DNA of 64,000 bases. It comes from the human T2T-CHM13v2.0 reference genome, Homo sapiens. Shown one piece after another: positions 41,728 to 55,084 of the stretch. Numbering within the stretch: position 1 is the first letter of the stretch; the number at the start of each line of letters is the position of its first letter. The stretch lies in assembly GCF_009914755.1 (NCBI RefSeq), contig NC_060932.1, one strand, 5' to 3'. The position numbers and the translations under genes are program-made. The notes beneath the pieces are model-generated. The model ran no database searches. It saw only the letters and a program-made list of their open reading frames with translations, and had not been told where the DNA came from.

Positions 41728-44574
41728 TTCATAGCCTGTAACTTATATTTGCCTTTTAATAACCTGTCATCTTATATGAGTCTAATTGTTTTAAGTGAAC
41801 ATTCCCCACTGGCTGAACAATGGAGGGCTTCTCTTTTATCCTCTCTCTGGAACTAGGTTAGGAACAAAGAAAATACCTCATAAATCAATGATGTTTGAAT
41901 ACTGGTACATTCTTAGTGGAGTGTTCGGAAGATTGTTTTTTATTTTTTTTTAGATGTGCTTGGATAGCCTTGATTTGTGAAGGGCCTCTTAGGGTTCTGC
42001 CAAGATATATGGCTTATTCTTGTTCCTAATCCGTATCTTCCCTCCGGTGCCCTCCCAGGGATAATGTCCTTGGAAACAACCTCTCCCAAGTTGTAGGGGT
42101 TTCTGATGGATGATAAAGTAGCTTTTTTTGGCCTACTCTGAAAACCCAGAAACTCCTGTCATCTCTGACTGCCTTCATTTTAGCAGACATTTATGTGTTA
42201 CCTTGTTTCCTTACCTTTCAAGGAGGCACTAGAATACATATATTATTTAATGTGCATGGAGATTCTTTTGATCAAAGGGAAAGTTTAACTTGTGTTTATT
42301 CCTAAGTGATATTGTTTGTTTTAATTTTGTAGAATTGGGTAATATTAGAACAGAAAAAAATCCCCAGAGATGTAATTTAAGCCAGCATCTCATTTACAGA
42401 GGTTAAGAGCTTCAGAATTTTATATTTGAGTTCTCATCTGGATACAAAACTGGGCAGATTGCAATGAAAATATTTCCAAGTTATTTTGTTGCTTGTTTTC
42501 TAAAAGGTGATGTTTTGATTTGAGGAAAAGAAATTCTTGCCAGGAAACAGCCATGGGAAAGGAAAAATGGAGAGCAAAACAACCTAGAAAGAAGTCATAG
42601 GTTCTTGAGAGTCTGTGGTACTGATGGATGGGATGAGGTCTTCATAGCCCAGCTCATTGACTTTGTTCATCATCAACAAACTTAATAGTGAATGTGTTAA
42701 GATGAACATTTACTCATGACTGTTACTTTGATCTTGTTGCAATATTACCTTGTTTGACAGGGATGTTATCATTACCCTCTCACTTTGTCTTCAACTCTCT
42801 TTTAAAAAGGCAAGAAAAAGGAAGAAAGAGGAGGAAATACTTAAACTCTTTGTGGTCCAGAGAAAATTAAATGAAATGTTGTTTGTAATATAGAATAGAG
42901 TAGAACTAGAGAAATATCGTTTAATTTCTCACTCTCAGGCCTAATACCCGAACCCATGCATATACTATTTCCAAGAAGTAGAAAAAGAAGAGGACAAAAT
43001 AATAATTTCTGTAAATAAATGATTTATTATATTAGAGACTACCTGTGCAAAAGAGTGATGCAAATAATGTTTAGTTTTCCTAATAATTCACTTTTTTAAC
43101 CCATTCCATCCTGACGTATCTTTGTGACGATTTCTTTAACTTTTTATATCTTAAGACTTTGTGCTAAAGGTATATCAAAAGTGAATGCCACGCTGATCAC
43201 CAAGGGAAAGAGTTTTTGAAATATCCACTAATATTCTCAATCTTAAACACTTATGCAGACTCAGACGGCTTTAGTAAGTGGAAAGAAAGAAACATAAAAA
43301 GTGATTCATACCTTCACCATAGTAAAATTTGGGCAGTTGTGGACTGAACATCTGTGTTTCTCAAGGGACTCAATCCTATGGTTTCAGGCAGTGAAAGACA
43401 TTTTTGAATCCTTTCCAATGGCTTCCCACCTTTTCTGGCCACATAGAACTGGGCTAGGCAAATAATCAACAGCATTTTTTTTTTTTATCTCTCTCTATGC
43501 TGAGTGTTACACTAGGTGCTTTGGGGAAGGATGCCAGAAGGTGTATATATGGTGCATTGATATGGCTGCATACTCTATTCTCACTCTCAACTTATTCTCA
43601 AAAGTCTTATTTCTCAAGAGAACAGCTGGATGAGCTGTTTCTTCCTTCAGCAAAGTGATGCCAAATATTGGTTTCTGAAACTGGTCCCCTGATACCTGCC
43701 TTTGTTTCCTGAGAGACCCAGGCTTCAACCACCTAGGATAGACCACAATACACCTGCCTGCTTCATTTGTTAAGTTGCCAATAGATGCTCAGCATTTTTC
43801 AGTGTGATAATCAGTAAATAAAGTTTTAAAAACAACTGAATACCCATTTCAGCATTATTTTCTTAATTAGACCTTTTGGGGAAAGTATTGAATCCTGATT
43901 TGGGAAATAATATTGAATTTTACATTATTTAAATCCTGAATTAATAATGTATAGTTTACATTAAACTGTAAAATGGAGACAATTCATATGTATTTCAGAT
44001 TATTCTATAGGAATTTTAGTTTCTAATTTTGTTTAATCAGTCATTTATTTAACAAATATTTGAATACCCTTTATTTGGCAAATTTTATGCCAATTGCTGG
44101 GGATACAAGTAGTAAAGATGACAGTCAGGTTAGCTGATGTAATGGAAGTTAAATATGGTATGGGGGAACTACATTACATAGTAATTTTTTACTTTTAATT
44201 ACAGTAGCACACTTCTAATTCGTTAAGCATTTATGAGATATCTACTGTCTGAAATCATGCACACTGCTGCAGACACTGTGGAAGAAGTATACTATGGTTC
44301 TTGCCTTCCAGACCATCACAATGTGGTCTCTGATTGAAACATTTTTAAAATTATTCTTAAAGCAGACATGGTGACAATAAATGAAGTGCTAGGAGAGTTG
44401 GAGGAAAGAGAGGACAACTGTAAAAGAGAAAGTAAGAGAGAGAGGGGTTATAAAGGAAAGAATTTGAGAGAGCTTCTTGAAAGATGATGGGTTGGAGTTG
44501 AAACTAAAATAACATATTGAGAAAAGGGGTAGAGAATAAGAGGGGGAGATGGCAAGACCTTTCTGAAAGATTAA

Positions 44575-45770
44575 CCTGGCTAGCCATATGCAGAAAACTG
44601 GAACTGGACCCCTTCCTTAAACCTGATACAAAAATTAAGATGGATTAAATACTTAAATATAAAACCCCAAACCATAAAAACACCAGAAGAAAACCTAGGC
44701 AATACCATTCAGGACATAGGGATGGGAAAAGACTTCATGATAAAAACTCCAAAAGGAATTGCAACAAAAGCCAAAATTGACAAATGGGATCTAATTAAAC
44801 TAAAGGGCTTCTGCACAGCAAAAGAAACTATCATTATAGTGAACAGGCAACCTACAGAATAGGAGAAAATTTTTGCAGTCTACCCTTCTGACAAAGGTCT
44901 AATATCCAGAATTTACAAGGAACTTAAACATATTTACAAGAAAAAAACCCCATCAAAAAGTGGGCAAAGGATATGAACAGACATTTCTCAAAAGACATTT
45001 ATGCAGCCAACAAACATAGGAAAAAAAACTTCAACATCACTGATTATTAGAGAAATGCAAGTAAAATCACAATGAGATACCATCTCATGCCAGTCAGAAT
45101 GGCGATTATTAAAAAGTCAAGAAACAATAGAAGCTGGTGAAGCTGTGCAGAAATAGGAACACTTTTACATTGTTGGTGGGAATGTAAATTAGTTCAACCA
45201 TTGTGGAAGACAGTATGGCGATTCCTCAAGGATCTAGAATGAGAAATACCATTTGACCCAGCAATCCCATTACTGGGTTGATGCCCAAAGGAATATAAAT
45301 CAGTCTATAAAGACACATGCACCCGTATGTTTATTGCAGCACTATTTACAATAGGAAAGTCATGGAACCAACCCAAATGCCCATCAGTGATAGACTGGAT
45401 AAAGAAAATGTGGCACATATACACCATGGAATACTATGTAGCTATATAAAGGAATGAGATCATGTCCTTTGCAGGGACACGGATGAAGCTGGAAGCCATC
45501 ATCCTTAGCAAACTAACACAGGAACAGAAAACCAAACACTACATGTTCTCACTCATAAGTGGGAGTTGAACAATGAGAACACATGGACACAGGGAGGGGA
45601 ATAACACACACCAGGGCCTGTTGGGGAGTGGGGGGTGAGAGGGGAGGGAACTTAGAGGACGAGTCAATAGGTACAGCAATCCACCATGTCACACGTATAC
45701 CTGTGTAACAAACCTGCATGTTCTGCACTTGTATCCTGAAACTTAAAGTGAAATTTAAAATAAATACACA
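44575..45770 (+). mobile_element. 5'-truncated L1PA (older, about L1PA10-13): ORF2 3' end plus 3'UTR
   Basis: Runs from 'ctggctagccatatgcagaaaactg' to 'gggagggaacttagaggac...aacttaaagt'; tail decayed to (CAAA)n. Sits between L2-like fragments. Confidence 0.95.
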
Positions 45771-45849
45771 AACAAACAAACAAACTGGATGTTAAGGTAA
45801 GCAAGTAAAGTCATTTTCTAAGAATAGTGAGAAAAATTGCTGTAGATTG

Positions 45850-46200
45850 AGAATTAAATCTAGACATGTAAGTAAAGCCTGTGTTATTAAGGAATTTAAA
45901 TGACAGGTCGAGGAAGCAGGACATTATGGAGCATGTGAAGGAGGCCAACTAAAAGCTTTCCAGCAGGGAGTGACATTGGTTTGATGTTTCAGAAAATAAT
46001 GTGGGTGGCAGTACTCATATGTATTGGAATGGACAGAGACTGGAGATCAGTTAGGCAGCAACTGTAATTGTTTGGGTGAGAGGTAATAAGGAGTACAGCT
46101 AGGGCAGGGGAAGTGAGAACTGAAAGGAGGGATGGAGGGGAGAGAGTGAATTGATACAAAACCAATAGAGCTTTCTGACCACTTAGAGGATAGAAGTAGG
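45850..46200 (-). mobile_element. L2 fragment
   Basis: 'gcagggagtgacattggtttgatgtttcagaaaat...ggagatcagttaggcagc...ggtgagagg'. Confidence 0.55.
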
Positions 46201-47409
46201 GAGATCATTATTTGTGAGTGTAGTGACAGGGATGCTTGAAGGTGCTAATACTGATATTCTATGAGTGAGTCACAGATTGGATTTTGCACGTAGCAAGTTT
46301 TCGATGGCTTTTAACAGGGCTGTTTTAGTCAGCATCACAATAGTAATGAATTGATGACAAAGTAGGAAAGAGGAAGTTGCATTTATGAGTAGAGTCAACT
46401 CAACTTGTCAATTATGGAGCTAAAAATTGGCCAAAAAATAGAAGAAACAGATTTTTTTCTATTTACTTAGGACCAAATGGATGGTTTTCTTTTTTTTTTT
46501 TTTTTTTTTTTGCTGCAAAGAAAGATTATAAAAAGATTTTCTTACTTTAATAATAAGAATAAAAACTAACATTTATTGAGCACTTCATAGGTACCAGGGA
46601 CTGTTGCAGGTGGGCTTATATGTACAATGAGAATGTCAATCATATAGATCATACAGGATTGGTAATTATCAAATATCAGTAGCAGCTTCATTTTCTGTTA
46701 TAAATTATAAATACAAAAAAGATTAAATCCTGATGTCTAATTTGTATTATGTTGTTTGTCCTATATTTGTTTGAATACCTATCATGCAGAAATTCTGATG
46801 CTGAAACAGAAAATGTGATAAAATATTCTGCAATTTCTAGCTGGCTGCTTGGCTCTTCTGAGCCCTTAGCTTCAAGGATTTTTCAAAATATATATATTTT
46901 TTCTGCACCACATCTCAGAGTTGCTAAATCCAGAAATTGAAACATTCTGAGAACCAAATCATTTCAGGGTGAATCAAAGCTCTTGGAACATTGCCCTAGG
47001 ATTTTGAAGATAGTGTTTAATAGTGAAAAATGTTCCATATTTTTAAGGAAATCCCAATTATGGAAGCTGCCCTGTTTGCATCCCCAGCAATGCAAGGTGT
47101 CTGACACAGGGTGTCTTGGCCCAGCTTTCACTCATATGACAAGCCGGGAGGCTGTGGGTCAAGGCAAAGGTCTTCTGGCCCCTTAGGCTGGTGACTGTTT
47201 CCAACTCCATCTTAAAATATAGAAATAGGCACCTTCTTTATTCTGTTGTAACAAGCTTCTCTCCCGGCTGCCATTTTAGTGCCAGCAACTGTGGGACAGT
47301 TTTGAGCAGGAGTTTCTCGCCCTGGTCAAACCCCACCACTATCTTGCCTGTGTTTTTGCTTGTTTGTGCTCTGCAGAACTGGTGATGGGCCCAGAGATGG
47401 TGAGAGAGA

Positions 47410-47645
47410 GCGAACATTGACAAGTCTTAAGACTGAGAGGCATGAGTTATGGAGGCTGACATGATGTGATGTTACTAATTGTGTCACTTGAGAGCAAGTT
47501 ATTTAATGCTTTTGTACCTTAGTTTTCTCATATAAAGAGAAAATAAAATGAGAGTAATAAAACCTACATCCCAGGGCAATTTTGGGAATCACACAAACAG
47601 AGCATATTGTACGTGGTTAATACATGGGAGCTGCTGTTATTATTA
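47410..47645 (+). mobile_element. MIR
   Basis: 'gcaagttatttaa...ccttagttttctcatat...acctacatcccaggg'. Confidence 0.6.
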
Positions 47646-48463
47646 TTCATAGTAATAATAATAATAAAGTAGAATAAAAACAAAAGTGAAGCAAGAATGA
47701 TGAGGAGCCATGGAGTAAAGGCCATTAGCTGGAATACATCCACCTCTGAAACATGATGGAGAAACTTGACTGTCATTCCACAGGGACTTTGCCTCTAATA
47801 AGCAGGAATCCAAGGTAGAGTGAAGCTGCATTAACTTGTAATATTTTCTCTCTCCTCTTCTCCTTTAAGTTCAACTCATTTTTCATATGCTACCTGAGCT
47901 GTCCTTTTCTATGATGCTGTCACCACTGACTTTTTCTAATCATGACCTCCTTTTGTATTGCATTAAGGCAATACATTACATATTGTCTGGTAATGTTCTC
48001 TGATTGCTTTTTGGAGGTATGGCTTCCAAATGAGATTGGGATTTCCCTGAATATAGGCAACTTGCCTTATATTTCTCATATATCCACCACAGGACCTTAT
48101 ATAGCTGAGTACACTGAGAAGAGCTAAGCCAAATACCATAATGAGATACAAAGAGTAATAGCCATAAGTTTCTTGTTTTAAACTTTTTTCAAAGTATTTA
48201 TTTTTATGCTTTATTTTTCATAGCAAAACTAGTATATATGTGCTGTACAAAATCGGAAATTTACAGAAGAACACAAAATCAAAATATATTAAACAGAGCT
48301 ATGTATTGTTACATCATTTGAATTACTCTGAATACATATTAAGCTTTGAGCTCTTGTGGAGTGATAACCCTTCCCATACGCTATTTGGGATTCTTAGTGT
48401 TAAGTTTCTTATACCATATAAAACCTTTTGGGGAACAGGTACATTTTTCTTCAATAGATAGTA

Positions 48464-48542
48464 TAGGTTGGTGCAAAAGTAATTGCAGTTTTTGCCATTG
48501 AATGTAATACCAAAAACTGCAGTTACTTTTGCACCAAACTAA
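48464..48542. mobile_element. MADE1 (Hsmar1-derived MITE), palindromic
   Basis: TAGGTTGGTGCAAAAGTAATTGCAGTTTTTGCCATT-gaatgt-AATACCAAAAACTGCAGTTACTTTTGCACCAAACTAA, flanked by TA. Confidence 0.95.
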
Positions 48543-49078
48543 TAAATTTTCCCTCAAAGATGGAGGAAGTATGTGCTTTTTCCTTGTTAATTTTCCACAT
48601 GTGACCTCACTTTCCTCTCTGATTCATACAAATTCATAGATCCTTGACTTAGGTGGAGTCTTTAAGATCATTTTATTTAAGTTTCGCATTCGAACTATGG
48701 GGACATTGCTAGCCCAGAGGCTGCAGTGATAATAGTCAAGTGAGGTTTGGTGCCCAAGACTCAGGCCTTCTGGGCCAGGGTCCATGGCTCCTCATCCTTC
48801 TTAATGGAGAATGATACCCTTCAGCTGACCATCTGCATATACTGTGCCTGTGACCTTCTCTTATTTTTCCTCTATTGAAATCATTCAAGAAATTCCCATT
48901 TTACAGAGGCGAAATGTATTACCAAAAAGGGATTTCTAACTGGACTAAATTAAAGTTTGCTAGGGTTCTGTGGAGGCATTTCCACTAAGTCTTTGTATTT
49001 CTTTCTGAAATTAATTCTATTTTACATTTCTAAACTTGAGTACATGGACACATATGTGTCTGCATATACCTGTATATA

Positions 49079-49082
<4 letters not shown>

Positions 49083-49116
<34 letters not shown>

Positions 49117-49255
49117 AGAAGTATATATATATATTCTTATATGTAAGTATACGTATATATATACTTATATATACATATAAGTATGTATACTTATAAGTAT
49201 ACATATATACTTATATATAAGTATATCTATATACTTCTCTCATATATATATATAT
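49083..49255. repeat. (TG)14 followed by an AT-rich quasi-palindromic repeat
   Basis: Directly visible. Confidence 0.9.
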
Positions 49256-49550
49256 GCAAACATACACACATTTGTATAATCTTTCGATCAACAACACTCA
49301 TCATTATCCTCCACAGCTGTTTGTTCTAGTGTAACCAAAGATTGTGTCAGAAAGCAATCAGTATAAATATTGTCACTTAGGTCAGAATATATTATTGTAA
49401 GGCCAGGGGAGGTTTGATTGGTAAAACCCAGAGTACAAAGCATTGAAATGAAAGGAAAAACTTAAGCAAATAATTTTCACAATCTCCACTCTTAACTTGA
49501 TTATCCTAGTATCATCTCTTCATCCTTTTATCCCATGTCCTCTCCTCTCT

Positions 49551-50078
49551 TATATTAGTTATCTGCTGTTATGTAACAGACCATTTCAAAACTTAACAAT
49601 TTAACACAACAAACATTTATTATCTCAGTTTCTGAGGGTCAGGAATCTGAGAGACTTAGCTAGGTAGTTCTGGCTCAAGTGTCTAATGAGGCTGAATTTA
49701 AGCTGCTAGTCAGGGCTACAGTCATCTGAAGGCTTGACTAGGGCTGGAGGATCTGTTACCATGCTCACTCATGTGGCTGTTGGTATGAAGCTTCAGCTCT
49801 TTGCTATGTGGGCCTTTCCAAAGGGATGCTCCCAATATGGCTTTTCTCCAATCAAGTAACCAGAAAGAGGGAGAGAGAGAGAAGAGAGAGAGGACAAAGG
49901 AGATAGAAATCACAGTGTCTTTTATAACCCAATATTGGAAACTGCAAACCATCACTTCTGCTGTGTTTTATTCACCACACAGAGCAAACCTGGTATAATG
50001 TGGGAGGAGACTATATGAGGATGTGAATACCAGGAGGCAGGGACCATTGGAGACCCTGACGTTGAGGGGTCTACCACA
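49551..50078 (-). mobile_element. MLT1 (MLT1F/G-like) solo LTR
   Basis: 'tattagttatctgctgttatgtaaca...gggtcaggaatctg...gtgaataccaggaggcaggga...ctaccaca'. Confidence 0.8.
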
Positions 50079-51129
50079 TCTCCCCTCTCTCTTAATTTTC
50101 CTCTTTATCTTGAAATCTCTCCCTTCAGCATGGATTGTTGGTTGCCAATTGGCAGAAATTTTGTTTCATTCCTATCTGTCATATATACACACATAAACAT
50201 GCACATGGGCATGCACACACACACACATCATCAAACGTTAATGCTTGAAAAAGTGTGTTCATTTGAAACGTGTAGATGATTTGCGACTTCAGAAAAAAAA
50301 AATGTGACCCACCCTGTATACACAGTGTTGCTGCTAGACAGTTTAGGGTGCTGTTGATGTGTGTGGACCTAAGGTGAACTCTGAAGGTAGAGATAGGATG
50401 GGGCTGGTTGAGTTCATATTTTGAAAAATAGCCAGATGAATTTTTAAAAATCTGATTAGTTTCTAAATATCTGTATTTAATTTCTGAAAAATTTTTTTTA
50501 GACAATAGACAGGCAGCACCAGGCTTTCCATAAATGCTACTGCTAATTCTCAAGGGTCTACTTGTAATCCTTTTCAGTGCATGTTTTTTGGACATAGTAA
50601 TGGCTGAAAGAGGAAGAGGAGATCCCAGAAAGTGCCTGTGACATGGGTTGTGTGCAGAACCTGAGGGAGCATACCATGTTTTACTAGATTTGGCTTTTCC
50701 ATTAATATTGGACATTTTAAGTTCCTTTTTTGTATGTTGGCATATTGCAGGAGCATAGAATGCTACCAGCTGTTTTCATGACTGGTACTGAGTTGGTAAA
50801 AAATGAGATATTTTCTCCTCCAGGAGAATGGGATGAGTGTTTGGTAGGGACACAGGAGGGAACTGCTATTTCTGTCCTTGACTCTTCACTTTCTTTCAGA
50901 AAACATTCCCATCAGCGGTACAGGTCTTTTCTATGTATACTCAAGTACTTTTGGAAACACGACTATTTAAATAAATTCCTAGTATTTGCAACAACATCCT
51001 GATGAGATTACTTTGCACTTGGCATGTCAATTTCTAGGAAAAAGACCCTATTTCATCTCTCTAGTCTGAAAAACGTTGTTCTCTATCATATTTCACAACA
51101 TCCCATTTAGTCACCATTCATTCTATTGC

Positions 51130-51480
51130 AATGTAGTGGGAAGAGTATTCATTTTTGGAGTCAAAAAGACTCAGGTTCACATATCACTGCTACTCACTGG
51201 CTGGATGGAGTGTCATGCCTCAGTTTGCACTTCTGAGAAATGAAAAGTAATAGTAAAGATATTAGGCACGGTTCTAAGGGCTTACCTACATTCTTCAATT
51301 TAGTCATTCTTCAATTTATTAAAATGTTAGCATATGTGGTAAGTTTTCATCACATATACTAATATTTTCCATATTTTGAAAATAAGAAGATTGAGATAAA
51401 AAGACTTTGAGTTATAGAGCTGATAAGTGGCAGTGTTTTGATGGAGACTCAGATGTGCATGACACTAAAGTCTTTCCTTA
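51130..51480. mobile_element. Two adjacent MIR fragments in opposite orientation
   Basis: Plus-oriented 'ttggagtcaaaaagactcaggttc...gcctcagttt', then minus-oriented 'tttgaaaataagaagattgag...gataagtggcag'. Confidence 0.55.
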
Positions 51481-52494
51481 ACCTGTTTGCTGTGCAGCTC
51501 TCCATAATAGCGCCAACATATGAATTATGTTGGTTTAAGATTTACATGTGAAAATGAACTTGTGTCGACCAGCAGAGTCTCGTAACATTAACACTTTAAA
51601 TAAATGTTAATTCTCTTTACTTCTTTTGTTTTGAGCAATTTAGCCAACAGATGAAAGGAAGAACATCTGTTTAGCATGATGACCTCTGTTAAAAGAGGCT
51701 TCTATCTTAGTTTTGCATAATGATACCATGATGGTTTTTTTGGGAAACAGATTATAGATGTTCATAAAATTGACAAAGGAACAAATTGGGCACCCCTGGA
51801 TTCTTTCTAAAGCTTAAAAACCTGTACGGAAAAAAAAAAGCACATTAAAGGTAGTTTTTCCTCTCTTAAGTAGTGCCTATTTTAATCATAACCTTTGGAA
51901 GAAAATTTAAATGTAAAAAGGTGAAAATTAAAAGAACTATAAATAACAACAAATGGCTACCTTGTAAATACAAAGCCACATTCACTCCTGGGGCTGTTAT
52001 GTCTACAAACTATTTGAACAACAGTTAATAAGCACATTCCCGATGAAAGAAACAGCTAACTGATGTTTCATCTGAGTGCACCCTTTGTTGAGCATGTTCG
52101 GAAATGTAGAGCTGGGAGATAGGGATTTCTGTGTTTTTCACATTAAGATGTATACATGTGCCCACTGAAGAAAATGAAGGGTTTTTCAGGTTCTCCAAAT
52201 ATTCCTTTACAAATATTCATCGCTGTCAAAAAATAATAATGTGCTCTTCATGGATTAGCTGAAAAATTACCTCCCATTCTTGGTGGCTTTCCTTTTCTCT
52301 GTGTTCTCAGGCTGAGATAACCCGCGTATGGCTCATGGGCCAGTATTACCTTGATTTGTATGCTGTTTTTTAGGCTTTTGGGGATCAATGGCCTAGACCA
52401 GGGACAGCAGAGTCCAACTTTGGCTCTTTCCGTGTAGCAAGGGCAGACCAGCAAGTCACTGGCCTAACTGAATTTCACTCCATCCTGTACATTC

Positions 52495-52764
52495 TTTTTT
52501 TTTTTTTTTCAGATTACTTCAAATTTATTTTTCTTTTTCTTTTTTTTCTTTTTTTCACGTCTGGCTGTAACTTTATTTTTCTTGCCACATTACAATCTTT
52601 TCAGGGATTTTTAAAATTGGTGCTTTTAAGAAGCATATCCCAGGTTTTTATTATCTTCAGTGATGCCCTTACAGAAACTCTTAAATTTATTTGTGTGTAT
52701 ATATGTATTTTTTCATTTTTTTTTATTATTATACTTTAAGTTTTAGGGTACATGTGCACATTGT
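52495..52764 (-). mobile_element. Young L1 (L1PA3 or younger) 3' stub with transduced flank and multiple poly-A tracts
   Basis: L1 3' terminus TTATTATACTTTAAGTTTTAGGGTACATGTGCACA at about 52726-52760. T-tracts at 52708-52724, 52528-52555 and 52495-52509; the two outer tracts each lie 14-16 nt past an AATAAA on the minus strand. Confidence 0.75.
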
Positions 52765-53059
52765 TAACTACAAACCTGGGGGCACTGTAGGACTAAGAAC
52801 TTAGACTTGCTTTTTAGAAATTTGACCCCACATTCTTTGGGCCACAGAAAATGAGAACAACCCTAAATACTAAATTGTGCTTTTTTTTGGTCTTCAAGTT
52901 CCCATTTTCCCTTGAATTTTTCTATTTTTTTAGGGCAAAATCACTACCCCAAATAATATTATTTTATATGAAAATAAATTTATGCTTTTGAATGGTCTGG
53001 CACATAAACATGCTATTGGAGTGATTAAAGCTAGGATAAAATGGATTTGAATCAATTTT

Positions 53060-53270
53060 TATAATAGTTTGGTTTTCAGATTACCCAGTTTCATGTTCTG
53101 ATTCCATTAGTTACTATGTTTGATTATGGAAAAAGTTATCTAGCTTTTCTGAGTCTTATTTTCTTCGTCTTTAAAATGGGAGAAAATAATGGCGATTTGA
53201 TGGAGTTGTTTTGAAAAGCCATTGATATGGTCTGTACATGCTTGGCATGGAGCTTAGTAGAGTTAAATAT
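53060..53270 (+). mobile_element. MIR
   Basis: 'aagttatctagcttttctgagtcttattttcttcgtctttaaaatggg'. Confidence 0.6.
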
Positions 53271-54529
53271 CATGGCATATGCCCCTTGACTATTTGAGTT
53301 TACAAGGACAAGGAAAATTAGCTGGATTCAGTAACTTAATGCATTACAATTACAAATTAGTTAAGCAAAAATGACCTGTTTCTTCTAGCCTACAAATATA
53401 GGTATTCGGAAGGCACATCTGTAGCTCATAATAACTGCTATTTACTGAGTACCTAATACATTTGTGGAAACCAATGTAATACATTTTTTCAAAGATATAC
53501 ATTACCTAAATGAATCCTTCTAGTCACCTATTTTTATTTTATAAATGATGAAACCAAGGCTCATAGACAGTAAGGACTTAGTCTATGATCAAACAGAGTT
53601 AACAGAGCAAGAATTTAAAAGCAACGTCTCACTTAGCCACCGTGTTGCACTGTCAACCCATCAGAGAAGCTAAAATATAGTCTGGGATTGTACCACAGGA
53701 CCACTCAAAATATAGAATCATAAATTATAAATATTATATGAATATTTCAAAGTATGCCTACTGTTTTTAAAACCTTTTAACCAGTTCATTTGTCCCAAGC
53801 CAGAGCCTTTGAAAACCTTTGAGTCATGGAGGCTTGCAAGTCTTCATTTGGACCATTGCATTAGTAAGAATATGGCTAAATTTCTTCTTTAAGCTTTTCT
53901 TATATTTTTATGTTCATGCTAATTACACCATGTACAAAGGAGTTTCACATATGTTTACAAAACAAACCCTTACTACACTTTTGTAATTACAAAGTCTGCC
54001 ACTAAATTACTGTTTCATGTGTTTGTGTTTCAATTATTAACTGTGGCGGCATATAACTAAAGCTGAAAACATGTCATTTCTGTGATAATAAGTGAACGCA
54101 ATTAGCAGCATATCTATTCCACACACAAAATATATTCATTTGCATTCTGTCTCCTTGTATTATTTAACTGCATTTAGGCCAAGTCATGTCATTTCTCTGT
54201 TACCTTTTTTTTTCAATCTAGAAGAACTCTGTCTGATTATATAAGTGCTTTTATGATGTCTAAATAAACAGAATTGGGTGAAGTGAAGATCAACAGACAC
54301 ATACCTCACTCACTCATTTGTTTATTTTCTGAATATTCTCCTAAAGCTCTCAATTCTTCCAATTTGTGGTGATTATTTTTAAACTGATGAGCTGGACAAA
54401 CAATAAAACTTTGCAAGTTCTATAGTTTTATCAATCTCTTTTCCTGGGTGGGGAGCCAAGTCTCTTTATTACTTTCCAGCCATAGGCAAGTAGAAAAGTA
54501 GCTCTATTGTCAGTGTTGCATTCACATTA

Positions 54530-54870
54530 TATTAGCCAAAACTCTGGGTGGTATGTAACAGAAACCCAACTCAAAATTGTTTTGGCAAAAACATGAATTA
54601 ATACAGAGAATTTGGGATCTCACATAGAACTCAAATCTAAGAATGTAGCTGAACCTAATAAATGAATCGAGGTCAGGGACTCAAAAGTCATCAATTCTGG
54701 TTCTCTCTCTGTTGTCTTAGTGTCTGCTTCTTTCTTCTCTTCTTTCCACACTCTGCTTTATCAGCCATTCAGCTATGGCCATGGGTGGAGTCATCTGTTT
54801 ATACTTGGCTGCTCCTTCTGCAATCTTGTGGATTAATTGCACATTTGTGATGATGAGGAAAAAATTCTTA
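54530..54870 (-). mobile_element. Old MLT1 LTR fragment
   Basis: 'tattagccaaaactctgggtggtatgtaacagaaacccaactcaaa'. Confidence 0.55.
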
Positions 54871-55084
54871 GGAATAGGAGTGTTGGTCAGGCAATTCAAT
54901 CCAGCAGTCACACATGTACACAAGTGAGCACACACAAATCAATGGCATGTTTGGATGACCAGAAACCATTTCCAACACCATCGCCTGCTTAATATTGGTC
55001 ATGTTCTCAGACTACATGAAAATCAAACATGCTATAGTGTAGGAAAGGGCAATGGTTTCACTAAATGCAGTGAAATAATGACAA

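Noticed and set aside
44575-45770. Possible duplicate or daughter of the 4-10 kb L1
   Set aside because: Different 3'UTR diagnostics indicate an independent insertion of an older subfamily.
50179-50715. Longest non-L1 ORF (178 aa, minus strand)
   Set aside because: No recognisable homology and it ends in a (TG)n-derived run; plausibly chance.
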